The notes under the pieces are model-generated. The model saw only the letters and a program-made list of their open reading frames with translations. It was not told where the DNA came from and did not search any database. Below are positions 38,478 to 49,054 of a stretch of DNA of 64,000 nt, piece by piece; position 1 is the first letter of the stretch; each line of letters opens with the position of its first letter. Position numbers and translations under genes: made by a program. This DNA is from an uncultured virus (IMG/VR IMGVR_UViG_3300046530_000052) (taxonomy: Duplodnaviria; Heunggongvirae; Uroviricota; Caudoviricetes): positions 62,001-126,000 of IMG/VR virus record IMGVR_UViG_3300046530_000052; one strand, given 5' to 3'.

Positions 38478-38921
38478 ATGTCTCATCTTAAACGAGTTAT
38501 CGCTTTCCGTGGTTATCTGGTCGACCACGGCATCACCTGCAACAAGAATCAGACCAAGGCGACCGAAGAAGCGTTCATCCGTGCACTGATCCAGTACAAC
38601 TGCAAGATGAACAACACCTTCCATTTCGGTAACAACGCCGAAGAAACCATCTGGGAACAGATGGATACCTGGAACTCGGTGTTCCCAATCAACGCCCGCT
38701 TCATCCTCGAGTCGGCCAAGAACCGTCTGGCGGAGATGCACAAGGAACTGTGCCGTACCGGTACCTTGGCGTCGAGTAACTTGTACGAAGTCGTGTTCGA
38801 CGTTGAAACCCACAACGCTGAAGGCAACGTGGTTCCTTCCAAGTTCGTAGCGACCGACAACGATCTGTTCACCGATCTGGTTGGCTATCTCTACAAAGAA
38901 CTGGTAGGTCACCATGAATAA
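38478..38921 (+). CDS. hypothetical, probable virion protein
   Basis: 147 aa, AAGGAG RBS, inside a structural operon. Confidence 0.7.
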   Translation: MSHLKRVIAFRGYLVDHGITCNKNQTKATEEAFIRALIQYNCKMNNTFHFGNNAEETIWEQMDTWNSVFPINARFILESAKNRLAEMHKELCRTGTLASSNLYEVVFDVETHNAEGNVVPSKFVATDNDLFTDLVGYLYKELVGHHE

Positions 38922-40434
38922 CAGTCCTCTGAACGCGTACCTGCAAAAGAGCGACCCGGTCGATCAGTGGAAACCAGGTGAAGGTGGACAGCTGGTCGAT
39001 CTGGATGAGTTCTACGCCGAAACGGATCAAGATAAAGCAGACTTCATGGTTCAGGGTACCGAGTCGTTCTCCCTGAACCGTCTGGACCGTAAGCTGGCCA
39101 GCATCTTGGGTATCGAGTCGTATACCCAGATGGACTCTCACGCTTCTGAGCGTAATGCACTCTTGGGTGCTGAGGGTTTCTTCTCGGTGTTGTATGAAGG
39201 CTTCCAAAGCTTCATCGAAAACATCATCAAGTACATCCGTATGGCCATCGACTGGGTGGCCAACACTGTTAAGGGGATCTTCGGTTTCCGTAAGAGTGAG
39301 CGGATCGAAAAGGCGATCGACAGTAAGCTGGGTAACCTGAAGACTGAGTTCGAGCAAACCTTGAACGGTCTGGGCTTCCCGGGTGGTAACTACACTCTGG
39401 AGAAGTTCATAGGTACTCTGCCTAACGGTATTGACCGAGTGGGTCAGTTGACGGTCATGAAGACCAAGTTCGAATCCGACAAGGAAGCGATCGAAGGTCT
39501 GGGTGCGTCGATACCGCTGTTCCAGCAGACCATTGCTGAGCTGACCAAAAGCTCGAACAAAGCGGTCAAGTCTTTCAATGACTTCAAACGCATGATTCAA
39601 GAAGAGTACCAAAAGACTCGTGTACGTCGGGTCAAAGGTGAGGGTGTTGACTTCGCTCAGTCTCCTGAAGTAGCCCGTATCCTGAAAGGCTGCGCTGAAA
39701 CCACTCTGGCTGTCTCCAGCGCCACTGTGGTCCCACTTGTGGCTGAACTGCTGGGCTCGCTGTACAAGGTGACCTTCAGCAACGATGAGCTGACCAACGG
39801 CTTTGCTGACGTTCGTAAGCGCTTGGACCAAATGGTTCAATTGGAATCGGTGAAACTCAGCCAAGGTAACGCGACTCAGCTGATGACCACTATCCAAGGT
39901 CTGAACGCTCACTACGCCAATGTTGCGGATAACTCCATCGACATGTCAGGTATCAACCTGAGGCAGTTGGGTACCGCCATTGACAAGAGCGATGCTGACA
40001 AGATCAAGGCCATGGGTGATTACTACAATGCACCTATGATCGTGGCTGAATACCAAGCGGTAGCGCTGGCTGTACGTAACTACACCCAGTTCTGTCAGTT
40101 GGTGACTCGTCAGCTGTCGATGGTCGGCCGTCAGATCGACAACCTGGTCCGTTGGCATGCCCGGGGTTACCTGTGGTTCTACCACGCTCTGCTGGATGAC
40201 CTTCAGAAGCTGCGTGAACTGAACCTCGAAGCCAAGCAGCAAGGTCACAACCCGATGATGGGTCCTGACGGTACACCGGCTGTCAAGTTCGAGTTCATTG
40301 ACGAGGCGGACGCCAAGACCTTCATGGAGAAGTTCGGGGGTACCTCCCAGGAGATTATCGATAAGGATATCGGGAACCTCAAAACTATTTACAACAACCT
40401 TGTTAAAGAAACTGGGATGGGAAGAACGATATGA
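38914..40434 (+). CDS. internal head protein, G-x-E processed
   Basis: GTE, GIE and GAE sites followed by GFFSVLYEGFQSFIENIIKYIRMAIDW. Confidence 0.72.
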   Translation: MNNSPLNAYLQKSDPVDQWKPGEGGQLVDLDEFYAETDQDKADFMVQGTESFSLNRLDRKLASILGIESYTQMDSHASERNALLGAEGFFSVLYEGFQSFIENIIKYIRMAIDWVANTVKGIFGFRKSERIEKAIDSKLGNLKTEFEQTLNGLGFPGGNYTLEKFIGTLPNGIDRVGQLTVMKTKFESDKEAIEGLGASIPLFQQTIAELTKSSNKAVKSFNDFKRMIQEEYQKTRVRRVKGEGVDFAQSPEVARILKGCAETTLAVSSATVVPLVAELLGSLYKVTFSNDELTNGFADVRKRLDQMVQLESVKLSQGNATQLMTTIQGLNAHYANVADNSIDMSGINLRQLGTAIDKSDADKIKAMGDYYNAPMIVAEYQAVALAVRNYTQFCQLVTRQLSMVGRQIDNLVRWHARGYLWFYHALLDDLQKLRELNLEAKQQGHNPMMGPDGTPAVKFEFIDEADAKTFMEKFGGTSQEIIDKDIGNLKTIYNNLVKETGMGRTI

Positions 40435-41138
40435 GTCCTGAACTGCGTGAATTTAAAGCCAATGCAATGGCTGAACTGGTAAGCCTCAAGGAGATCGGTG
40501 TAGCGGTCACCAAGAAGCTGGAAGGTCCTGTTGAGATCACCGAGGCTTACAGCATCGTTGATAAGCTGTGGTTGCCTGCTGAAGCCAACCGCCTCAAGAC
40601 CGAGCTGTCAGGTGAGTTCCCTGATCGTAACGGCAGTGTCATCCTGAACTCGCCTTTGACCGGTGAAACGTCTCTGTTGCTGGAAGTGCCTAAGACTCTC
40701 GAGTTCATGGCCAAAGCCTTCCCGGAGATCATCCTCAAGGTCAACGAGATCTACGCTCAGATCAACAACCTGGGTATCAACAACCAGGAAGCGATCGACA
40801 AGTACAACAGTTTCCGTAAGGAGCCGGCTAAGTTCGCTGACTTCGTGCAGGACCTGTGGTATCCGGACAGCGACTCGTTGCAGAACGGTACCGTCAAGAC
40901 ATGGAAGGACATCGGTCGTGACAGCTATCGCGTCGAGAACGGCGACTACCTGCTGATGGTAGATTACGGTGAAGTTATCCGTAAGTCTCAGGACCATTTG
41001 AAAGAATGTCTCCTGGACACCCTCGTCTCTCAGGACATGCGTCTGGGTGATGTGGACTACCGTGCAGAGCAACTGATCGGGATGATTGAAATGATCGGTC
41101 TGTTCTCTGATTACCTCAGCGAAGTAGATCTGGGCTAA
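40431..41138 (+). CDS. hypothetical, probable virion protein
   Basis: 235 aa, ATGA-coupled to the previous gene. Confidence 0.7.
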   Translation: MSPELREFKANAMAELVSLKEIGVAVTKKLEGPVEITEAYSIVDKLWLPAEANRLKTELSGEFPDRNGSVILNSPLTGETSLLLEVPKTLEFMAKAFPEIILKVNEIYAQINNLGINNQEAIDKYNSFRKEPAKFADFVQDLWYPDSDSLQNGTVKTWKDIGRDSYRVENGDYLLMVDYGEVIRKSQDHLKECLLDTLVSQDMRLGDVDYRAEQLIGMIEMIGLFSDYLSEVDLG

Positions 41139-41150
41139 CACCTTAAACAG

Positions 41151-41185
41151 CTACCCTACCCAGCCCGTAAGGCTGGGTAGGGTAG
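41151..41185. terminator. hairpin between convergent genes
   Basis: CTACCCTACCCAGCC-CGTAA-GGCTGGGTAGGGTAG, perfect 15-bp stem. Confidence 0.75.
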
Positions 41186-41198
41186 TATGTGTGTTACA

Positions 41199-44129
41199 TC
41201 AAACGATCGAACGCATCCGGATGTCGTGTGGTTGGAAGATGGTATCAACCGACTCCTTAACCCCCAGCAGTCCATCACTGGTCAACTCCAGACGTTTACG
41301 GATACTGAAGCCTGTGAGGTTATCCAGGTTACTGATAACGTCCACAGTACTGTCACCCGCCATAGCGCTCAACTTAACCGCCACCACTTCCTCACTGATG
41401 TTTACCGAGCTGACTTGAGCTTGGAGCGCTTCAGTGGAGATAGTAGTCTTGTTGTACAGCCCCAAGTTCAACTGCTTAGGATCACTGGCGGCCAATGTAG
41501 CTTTAAGTGCAGCGTTACGCATCCCCGACTCAGTCAAGTAGTAAGTGACCACAAAGGACAGATCCTGACGGAGTACCCCTTCATAGTTACTGTTGATCAC
41601 CACTTGCTGATAACCCAGCTTACTTCTCGGCTGGAAGAACAGGTTGGTCTGGTTGATCGTCTCAGACGACAGACGCTCCATGTCACCGATGATGGTGTTA
41701 GTGAAGTAACGTTTGGTATCCGCTGCAAACTGGATATCGTATTCGTCCTTACTGAAGAAGTAGTTCCCATCGAAGGCTACGAAGTCCCAATGGTATTTCT
41801 TCTTCCGAGGCTCCAGCTCTACCGGCAAGCCGTTCTCGTACACCACGTCAATACCCGCCCGGTACTTCAGTGTAGGGGTAATGCCATCAGCCCCATACAT
41901 GATATCGCCTTTGCGGTACTCAACGATTGGATCACCCGCGTCATCGAACTGCAACTGACCATTAACCCGAACGTACTTGGTTTCCTCGTAAGTAGCAGGA
42001 ACATCCACCGAGTAACGCTTGTACTGAGCTTCACCGACCAATGGACGGATGCGGCTGTACATGTTCTTCAGGTGTTTGCCGAAGGTTACGTTGTACGTGG
42101 TCTCGAGGATACCCACCATCTCTTCAGGGAAGATGGAACCATCGATCTTCGGATCCAGCAGCGAGCGAGTGAGGTCTTGGTCACCCTCAACGCAGAAGAT
42201 GAATGTCATGTCTGTTGCCAGAGCACTACGCACCTTGTCCTGCTGAGAACCGAACTGGTTAAAGTTGTTGAAGTACAACAGATCATTCAAATCCACATCG
42301 AAACGACTGTCGAGGTAGAACTCCCAGTTACGCTCCCCGCTGCTGTTAACCGAAATCAACTTACCTGCCAAGTTAGCGGTCTGACTGGTTTCAGGAGGAG
42401 AGATAGATAACTGGATGCCCAACTGCTCGTTGATCAACTGCTTGTATGCATTGTCCGACTTGGTAGTCAGGTAAATGGTGTAGCCGTCTTCTCGGTGAGC
42501 AATAGACAAGCTACCAACACCAACGCCCAGACCCAATGCAGGGTTATCCCGTACGTAGGTTTGGTAGTTGATCAGTGGAGTGTCCAAGTTGTAGGTACGC
42601 AGAGACACCTGATCGTCCGTAACGTCCAAGACGTAATAGAACGGGGTGTAGACCAGCGTCTTGTTAGCCAGCAGGTCAACCTTACGCTCGGAGGAGAGGT
42701 TCAGGTAACCTTCCTTGGTGTAGTTATTAACCAGCACCGAAGTCGGCTGAGAGATGTCGAACAGGACGTTGTGAGGGACAGTAACACGATCCCCGTTGTC
42801 CTTAGCCACACCACTACCCAACAGGTCTTCAATCGACGCCAAGTAACTACCAACGTAGCAACTCATTGGAGCCAAGAAGTCTTTGTTCGACTGATACGGT
42901 AACTCACCGCTCAATGCAAACTGACGACCGGTCACGTAGTCGATTACCAGTACCGAACTGTAGCCGTTGTTCAGGGCCACACCTTCCACGTTCTTCTCGG
43001 TGATAGGCAGTGTACGGATCTGCCGACCGTCGATAACCCGCTGCTTCATTTCAACGAACGACGTTGGACTACGACCACCCTTGACGTTATCCACCGCTTG
43101 CCATACCACGTTACTGGCATTACGGAAAGGAGCAGAGTACTCGTTCAGATTACCGAGACCATAACGATAATCCTGATAGTTCGGAACGATGCTCGATGGA
43201 GACACGTCCTTCAGGTCTTTAACCAGAGCGCCCTTGGTGGTGTAGGTGTAGATACGAACCGTACCAACACCCAGACCGTTGGAGATGTAAACGTCAGGGA
43301 TCTCAAAGCTCACCCGCTTGTTAACAGTGTCCAGCTCACAAGCCAGAGTAACCGTCAACGGATCAAAGACCGCTTGGTCAAACGCCACCACGATCTCTGT
43401 CATCCCGGTACTGTTTACCAAGAAGGCACGGATACCGTACAAGTGGTCGGTGTAGTTGTAAGTACCCGAGCAACCCGACGCGCTGTTGGCAGTGATGTTC
43501 TCAATGCCTTTGCAGCTCATCTGAAGTACAGGAACGTACATCATCAAATACTGCACGTCGTTTTGGAGTTTGAACATCGGCTCGATAAGGTTGCTACTGA
43601 TCGGACTCAGCGGGTTGTTGGTATCCGAATCGAAGATGATGTTCCAACCACTTCGCTCGTTGTACAGGATACGGATCCCGTTCATGATGGAGAAGTCATA
43701 CCCGTTGATAGGGATGATCGTGTCCTTCGGAACCAGCAGCTCTTTATACGTAACCGACAGTTGACCCTGCTGCTCAGTACGGTCACGGGCCAGACCCATA
43801 AACGTTTCCACCGACAGAGCCAGCATGAGGGTGCTGGTAGCGGCGTCAGCGAACAGGCCGTAGGTTTCCTGGCTACTCATGTTGCGACTGAGCTGAGAGA
43901 TGTTGCGGGCGTGCTTAGCGTGCAGTTCACTGGTCGCATCAGCGATACGGTTAAAGAACCCGCTCGCTGTACCGAGGATCAGGGTGTACGCCAGAACTGC
44001 CGGGTGAGCTTTACTGTTGATTTGCTTGAGACCATTGAAGTAGCCGTCTTCAATCCCGTTAACCACTAGGTTAATACCCCGCATGGGGTTAGCGGCCAGC
44101 AGTTCGAGTTCTTCTTGACTCAGATTCAT
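41199..44129 (-). CDS. large virion structural protein, probable baseplate wedge (phiKZ gp87-like)
   Basis: 976 aa, beta-rich; VRIYTYTTKG...KGGRSPTSFVEMKQR resembles baseplate J/gp6 signatures. Confidence 0.65.
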   Translation of the reverse strand: MNLSQEELELLAANPMRGINLVVNGIEDGYFNGLKQINSKAHPAVLAYTLILGTASGFFNRIADATSELHAKHARNISQLSRNMSSQETYGLFADAATSTLMLALSVETFMGLARDRTEQQGQLSVTYKELLVPKDTIIPINGYDFSIMNGIRILYNERSGWNIIFDSDTNNPLSPISSNLIEPMFKLQNDVQYLMMYVPVLQMSCKGIENITANSASGCSGTYNYTDHLYGIRAFLVNSTGMTEIVVAFDQAVFDPLTVTLACELDTVNKRVSFEIPDVYISNGLGVGTVRIYTYTTKGALVKDLKDVSPSSIVPNYQDYRYGLGNLNEYSAPFRNASNVVWQAVDNVKGGRSPTSFVEMKQRVIDGRQIRTLPITEKNVEGVALNNGYSSVLVIDYVTGRQFALSGELPYQSNKDFLAPMSCYVGSYLASIEDLLGSGVAKDNGDRVTVPHNVLFDISQPTSVLVNNYTKEGYLNLSSERKVDLLANKTLVYTPFYYVLDVTDDQVSLRTYNLDTPLINYQTYVRDNPALGLGVGVGSLSIAHREDGYTIYLTTKSDNAYKQLINEQLGIQLSISPPETSQTANLAGKLISVNSSGERNWEFYLDSRFDVDLNDLLYFNNFNQFGSQQDKVRSALATDMTFIFCVEGDQDLTRSLLDPKIDGSIFPEEMVGILETTYNVTFGKHLKNMYSRIRPLVGEAQYKRYSVDVPATYEETKYVRVNGQLQFDDAGDPIVEYRKGDIMYGADGITPTLKYRAGIDVVYENGLPVELEPRKKKYHWDFVAFDGNYFFSKDEYDIQFAADTKRYFTNTIIGDMERLSSETINQTNLFFQPRSKLGYQQVVINSNYEGVLRQDLSFVVTYYLTESGMRNAALKATLAASDPKQLNLGLYNKTTISTEALQAQVSSVNISEEVVAVKLSAMAGDSTVDVISNLDNLTGFSIRKRLELTSDGLLGVKESVDTIFQPHDIRMRSIV

Positions 44130-45199
44130 AGAGCACCCCAGTATTCCATTTCCATGTTCTGTAAGTTAATCCAAGGGTACATGCCGTATTGGCCAGCCAT
44201 GTATTCCCGGAACGAATATTTCTTGTAGTACCGACCTCTAACCGACGGGTGCATGTTGGGGTTACGGTACAAGGTGTTGTCGTTAAAGGCTTTAGCAATC
44301 GAGATGTTGTTAAAGCGGAAACCCTGACAAGTATAAGTCACTTCGAACTCATCTTGCCCCTGGCCACGCAGAGTGTTCTGTGTCCGGTCAATGGTACTGT
44401 AAGCACCAGACGGGAACGTGGTAGGCCAGCCCCCGCCACAGCAGAAGATCCACTCGATGTTGCGCATGTTCTTGTTCATAATCAAGTGGTAAATACGTGT
44501 GGTGTAATCTTTGTAGTTACCGGCCAACGGTTTCCAGTACGGTTCCATGCCTTCGTCACCGAGGGTCACTGCTTCAATGTAGTGAACCCAAGTGTTGAAC
44601 AGAGCAGGGATAATGCCCGGCTTGACGTTGTGGAAACTCTGGTGAATCTCGAAGTCGTAGTTGACTTTCAGGATTCCGTCGACATACGCATAAACCTCTC
44701 CCCTGAACCCAGCAGTACTTTTACCAGTACCCAAACTCAAGTCAGGGAACCCCGAACTTACTTTCAAATAGTTCGTTAAAACTGGGATCCAAGGGCACAG
44801 CGGATCGTAGACTTGGTTAAGTCCACTGTTAGCAGCACCCCACTTAGGGTCGAGTATTCCTTTGATATAAGCAGCAGGACTATTCGGTCTAGGACTGACC
44901 AAGTTGGCCAGTTGACTGTGTAGCTGAACATTCGAGTCCGACAGGTTTAAAGACGGTCGAGTGCAGAACATTAATCCTATGGTGTCGTCGGGGATAGCAG
45001 CCATTGCATGGCCAGGTCCTAAGACTCTAATGCCCCGCAAACTGTTTATTAGAGCGGAGTCGAACCCAGGTCCACCGTTTTCGGAATAGACTGTATTGAG
45101 CCACTCGCGGTAGTTACTGTTGTTCAGTTGCTCCCCAGGAGAATTTACCCCGGGTGTCTTGTTGAAGAAATCCTGGGAGTCATTCGTTTCATCAGCCAT
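44126..45199 (-). CDS. virion structural protein, tail tube/baseplate-like (phiKZ gp88-like)
   Basis: FCTRPSLNL...WPTTFP...EFEVTYTC pattern of tube-fold proteins; ATG at 45199. Confidence 0.6.
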   Translation of the reverse strand: MADETNDSQDFFNKTPGVNSPGEQLNNSNYREWLNTVYSENGGPGFDSALINSLRGIRVLGPGHAMAAIPDDTIGLMFCTRPSLNLSDSNVQLHSQLANLVSPRPNSPAAYIKGILDPKWGAANSGLNQVYDPLCPWIPVLTNYLKVSSGFPDLSLGTGKSTAGFRGEVYAYVDGILKVNYDFEIHQSFHNVKPGIIPALFNTWVHYIEAVTLGDEGMEPYWKPLAGNYKDYTTRIYHLIMNKNMRNIEWIFCCGGGWPTTFPSGAYSTIDRTQNTLRGQGQDEFEVTYTCQGFRFNNISIAKAFNDNTLYRNPNMHPSVRGRYYKKYSFREYMAGQYGMYPWINLQNMEMEYWGAL

Positions 45200-45230
45200 T
45201 TCAATACCCAATGATTAAAGGTGAAAATAC

Positions 45231-46349
45231 ATGAACACGCAAAACCACATGGTTGGAGATATCCTGAACGTCGGTTCTTTCTTTCTGGATATCATGAAAA
45301 AGCTGTATCCGGATAATAAGGACATCGCTGGAGCCACCAACGTTGCTGACGTGATGCGACAGACATACGATGTGGTCTCGACTACCTCGATTGGCCAGAA
45401 CGCCCGGCGTACTCTGCTCTCCCCAATGGTCGTGATCCAAGGCGACCTGCTGCATCAGGATTACATGCCGGATCTGATCACAGTGATCAACATCCGTGAC
45501 ATCGTTGCTACCCTGTCGCACTTCGCTATCCGTAACGCTGAACAGATCGGTGTGAACATCTCCACCTACCTGGGCCGTGTTAACCCAAACCGTGCGGGTC
45601 TCCAGTCGCTGATCGCCGGCATCGAGTCCTTTGCTGCGGGTAACATTGACCCGAACCGTCCAAAGCCGGGTGAAGGTTCTTTCACTGTTAACGGCAAGAC
45701 CATCCAGGAACTGCAAGAATACGTTCCACTGTCGATCGGTCGTGTTGTGAACGCTACTGTCTTCGGTAAAGACGGTACGTCGGTTGACCTGCCACTAACC
45801 TTCCGCCAGATCATTGTTCCGGCTTCGACTGAGTCTCTGGAAAACACTTTCGGTGTTGCCAAGATCGAAGACGGGTTCAAGATGCGCTGGATCATGAAGA
45901 ACAACGGCGAGATCACCAACCCGGAATGGTTCGACGGTGAAGACATCATCCGTGAACGTTTCAAAGCGCTACGTAACGATGACACCAAGTACTACACCGA
46001 GTCTCAGGCTCGTGACGTACGTAACAAAGTTGAAGCCGTGCGTACTGGCGTTATCAGTCTGAACACCATGGCAAACACTTTCATCATCACTGAAGATGAA
46101 AAGCAACAAATCGAGATGCAGATTGGCAAGAACTTCTCTAACCCGAAGTCGCGTCAAGACATCTTCAAGGTTGTTAAAGCCAACACCATCGTCGTAGTTG
46201 ATGAAGGCCGCGGCTCGTTCACCTTTTACACCAACGGTCAGATGATGCCTGAAATCTACACGCGTCGTGACTTGGCAATCAAATCCAAGAAAGAGCCGGC
46301 TGTTAGCAGCCTGGAAGGTCTGGTCAAACTGCTCAACGGGGGCATCTGA
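45231..46349 (+). CDS. head/inner-body protein (phiKZ gp89-like by synteny)
   Basis: 372 aa with an AGIE site; divergent from the gp88-like gene. Confidence 0.6.
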   Translation: MNTQNHMVGDILNVGSFFLDIMKKLYPDNKDIAGATNVADVMRQTYDVVSTTSIGQNARRTLLSPMVVIQGDLLHQDYMPDLITVINIRDIVATLSHFAIRNAEQIGVNISTYLGRVNPNRAGLQSLIAGIESFAAGNIDPNRPKPGEGSFTVNGKTIQELQEYVPLSIGRVVNATVFGKDGTSVDLPLTFRQIIVPASTESLENTFGVAKIEDGFKMRWIMKNNGEITNPEWFDGEDIIRERFKALRNDDTKYYTESQARDVRNKVEAVRTGVISLNTMANTFIITEDEKQQIEMQIGKNFSNPKSRQDIFKVVKANTIVVVDEGRGSFTFYTNGQMMPEIYTRRDLAIKSKKEPAVSSLEGLVKLLNGGI

Positions 46350-47239
46350 TGAAAATCACGGATTACGTCAGCAACGTACAAACGTTCAAGAAAAGCGAAC
46401 TGAGCCAACTGGTTACGGTTCTTCAGGTTACCGCTTCTGATCTCCTGGGTAACCTGGAGCGGATGCGCGCTAACAAGATCAACCTCGATACTCAGATCGG
46501 TCAATGGGCGATCACCAAGAGCATCGTGACCGGTCTGAACAACAACGGCTACCGCGGTATCAGTTTCGACAAGGCTGTTGAAGCGGCTCTGAATACTGTT
46601 GTCGATCTGTCTGCTGCGCTGGACAAGTTGATCAGCAAAGACAAGGACAACGTCTGGGACGGTAAGTTGATCAACCTGCGTCAGGCCAACATCCTGATGT
46701 CGATCGAGCAAATCGATCAGTGGCTGAAATACACCACCTTGGTCTACAACGTTCTGATCAGCCTGAACAACAAGGCCAACCAGCACGTCGACAGCACTGC
46801 CAGTAAGCTCGACCTGCGTTTCCTGACCCAGACTCTCGAGTACTACAAAGGAACCCTCCTGTGGCTCCTGAAGGGCTCCAAGGCTATCACCGCCGATCTG
46901 AACAACATCGCTGAAGTAGAAATCAGTGAAGCGTCGATGGGCGTAATGGAAGGCAGCGGTATGAAAACCCTGCTGGCCAGTCAATCGCTGGGTATCCACA
47001 ACTTCAACCCGAAATACTGGTGGAAGTTGAATCGCATGAAGAACCACGTTGAGGAGATCGAACAGATCCGCCTGAACAACGAGCACTTCGCGATGAAGAT
47101 CAGCCAAGCGGTCAACCTGAAGAACGGCACCAACGATGCTGCTCTGGAAGATCGGATCGAAGACTACCAGGACCGTATCCTGAAAGGGACTGCGCGCATC
47201 GCTGAGATCGACAACATGTACCGGAGCGCCAATGGCTAA
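46349..47239 (+). CDS. head/inner-body protein (phiKZ gp90-like by synteny)
   Basis: 296 aa helical/coiled-coil; TGATG-coupled. Confidence 0.6.
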   Translation: MKITDYVSNVQTFKKSELSQLVTVLQVTASDLLGNLERMRANKINLDTQIGQWAITKSIVTGLNNNGYRGISFDKAVEAALNTVVDLSAALDKLISKDKDNVWDGKLINLRQANILMSIEQIDQWLKYTTLVYNVLISLNNKANQHVDSTASKLDLRFLTQTLEYYKGTLLWLLKGSKAITADLNNIAEVEISEASMGVMEGSGMKTLLASQSLGIHNFNPKYWWKLNRMKNHVEEIEQIRLNNEHFAMKISQAVNLKNGTNDAALEDRIEDYQDRILKGTARIAEIDNMYRSANG

Positions 47240-47747
47240 TTATCGTTCATTCGGCAATGGTTTCGTTAACGACGCACTCTCCGATACTGAACTGGATAAC
47301 ATCTTCAAGAACTTCGCTCTGATGCGTCAGGACGGTATCTTGGATTTCAATCTGGTCATCAACGGTGATCTGTCGATCGAAACCATGCGTGAAGCAAAGC
47401 GACTGATGGGTGGTAGTTTCAGACAATTTATGGAAGCCAACTACAACGGCGGCTCGGGTCCTTTGGCAACGTTGGTTAAAGATGTTGTCCATTTCATCAA
47501 CGGCAAGATGTCTCCTACGCCGTTGATTACCGTGATCAACTTCGAAGAGAACAAAGCCAAGGCGGTGGTTAAGACCCGTTTGGCTCAGTACAGTCCTTCG
47601 AAGCGTACGTCGGGTAACCTGGCCCTGCTGGAAGACGGCTATGTGGTTCACGACTCGGACTTCTTCCACCTGATGGCGGGTATTGGTCCGGCTCACGTTA
47701 TTCGATTCCTTCAACTTATCGGCGGTGGTAGCTACTATGGACAATGA
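47232..47747 (+). CDS. conserved hypothetical protein in the head operon
   Basis: 171 aa, GGAG RBS, overlaps both neighbours. Confidence 0.7.
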   Translation: MANYRSFGNGFVNDALSDTELDNIFKNFALMRQDGILDFNLVINGDLSIETMREAKRLMGGSFRQFMEANYNGGSGPLATLVKDVVHFINGKMSPTPLITVINFEENKAKAVVKTRLAQYSPSKRTSGNLALLEDGYVVHDSDFFHLMAGIGPAHVIRFLQLIGGGSYYGQ

Positions 47748-49041
47748 TCAAGATACACTGTCGGCTCAGATGGCGGCAGTTAACACAGCAAAGTCCGTCG
47801 AGTTGTTCGGCGCGCTCCGTAACACCATTACACTGAACGAAGTCCAGACCACCCTCGACAATTCCGCAGATCGTGTTCTGGAAGCCCAAAAGCTCCTGGA
47901 AGCAGTAGAACCCTTCGAAGTCAGTCCTGCGCTGGTAGAACTGGTCGATGAGCGTCTTGCTCGTGCCGGTGTTGATATCCCTCTGGAAACCGGCTTTGCC
48001 GAAGTACAGGGTGCTGAGGCACTGGGCCACACTCTGCTGCCAAAGAACTTCCTGTTCACTCGTCTGACTGGCTGCGAGAACTTCCTGACTCAGTTCTTCA
48101 AGGACTCCCGGGAAGTGGCGATCCAGATCGGTGCTTCGTTCCGCGACACTTGGGTTATCTTCACTCAGTCCGAAGAAGACCTGAACAAGGCGCTGGATCT
48201 GCTGGAAACTCAGATCAACAGTCAGCCTGACTTCATCAGCACCAACTCCTTCATTCTGGAGTTCCGTCTGTTCAACCTGTTCAAGGTGAATGGCAAGGTG
48301 AATGGTGACTGGACGGGTAACCTGAGCAAGCTGAGTTCCACCATCTCGGCGTTGAGCTCTGGTTACTACCTGAACAACAAGCAAACCCTGAATGCTCTGA
48401 TGAGTTACTTCGGTGGGTTCACTTCGTTGACTCAGGAAGGCGCAATGGAGCGTTTGCAGATCCTGCCGATCAGCATCCCGGACATCCCGTTCAAAGAGTG
48501 CAGCTACCCGAACCGTGCTCACGAAAGCCTGCTGGTTACCAGTAAACAGTCGGTAGAGCTGATGGGCGGTGCGTACTTCTTCGACACTCGTCTGAAGAAC
48601 CGTCCGAAGCGTTGCGAGACCATCGACTTGATCAGTGAGTTCATCGACCTCCACATCAAGAACGACCGTACTGGTTTCGAGAACAACGCCCCTCAGACCC
48701 ACGACCAGGTCGGTACTGAAATCAAAGCGTTGTCCAGCCGTGAAATCAAAGCGATCGTCAAGTCGCTGCGTGCTCTGTTGAAGGACTGGTCGTCTATGTT
48801 CGAGAAGAGCGAGAAGTTCAAGGTCGGTGATGCTGACTTCAACGACATCATCAAAGGCATCGTTGATGCTGAGATCGATGAGACCACTCGGATGTACATC
48901 GCCAAGTGGTTCGGTGCGTTGATCCGTCATAACCAGATGGAGCTGTTGACCATCCGTGTTGGTGTGGCTAACTATCTGACTCTGATCGTTAACGGTCTGA
49001 TCCAGATCTGCAACAATTCCATCAAGGTTAACGCCGAGTAA
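47737..49041 (+). CDS. internal head protein, G-x-E processed
   Basis: QGAE and TGCE sites; ELMGG motif paralleling VLPGG of the next gene; ATG 47737. Confidence 0.68.
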   Translation: MDNDQDTLSAQMAAVNTAKSVELFGALRNTITLNEVQTTLDNSADRVLEAQKLLEAVEPFEVSPALVELVDERLARAGVDIPLETGFAEVQGAEALGHTLLPKNFLFTRLTGCENFLTQFFKDSREVAIQIGASFRDTWVIFTQSEEDLNKALDLLETQINSQPDFISTNSFILEFRLFNLFKVNGKVNGDWTGNLSKLSSTISALSSGYYLNNKQTLNALMSYFGGFTSLTQEGAMERLQILPISIPDIPFKECSYPNRAHESLLVTSKQSVELMGGAYFFDTRLKNRPKRCETIDLISEFIDLHIKNDRTGFENNAPQTHDQVGTEIKALSSREIKAIVKSLRALLKDWSSMFEKSEKFKVGDADFNDIIKGIVDAEIDETTRMYIAKWFGALIRHNQMELLTIRVGVANYLTLIVNGLIQICNNSIKVNAE

Positions 49042-49054
49042 AGGGGGAACAGTC

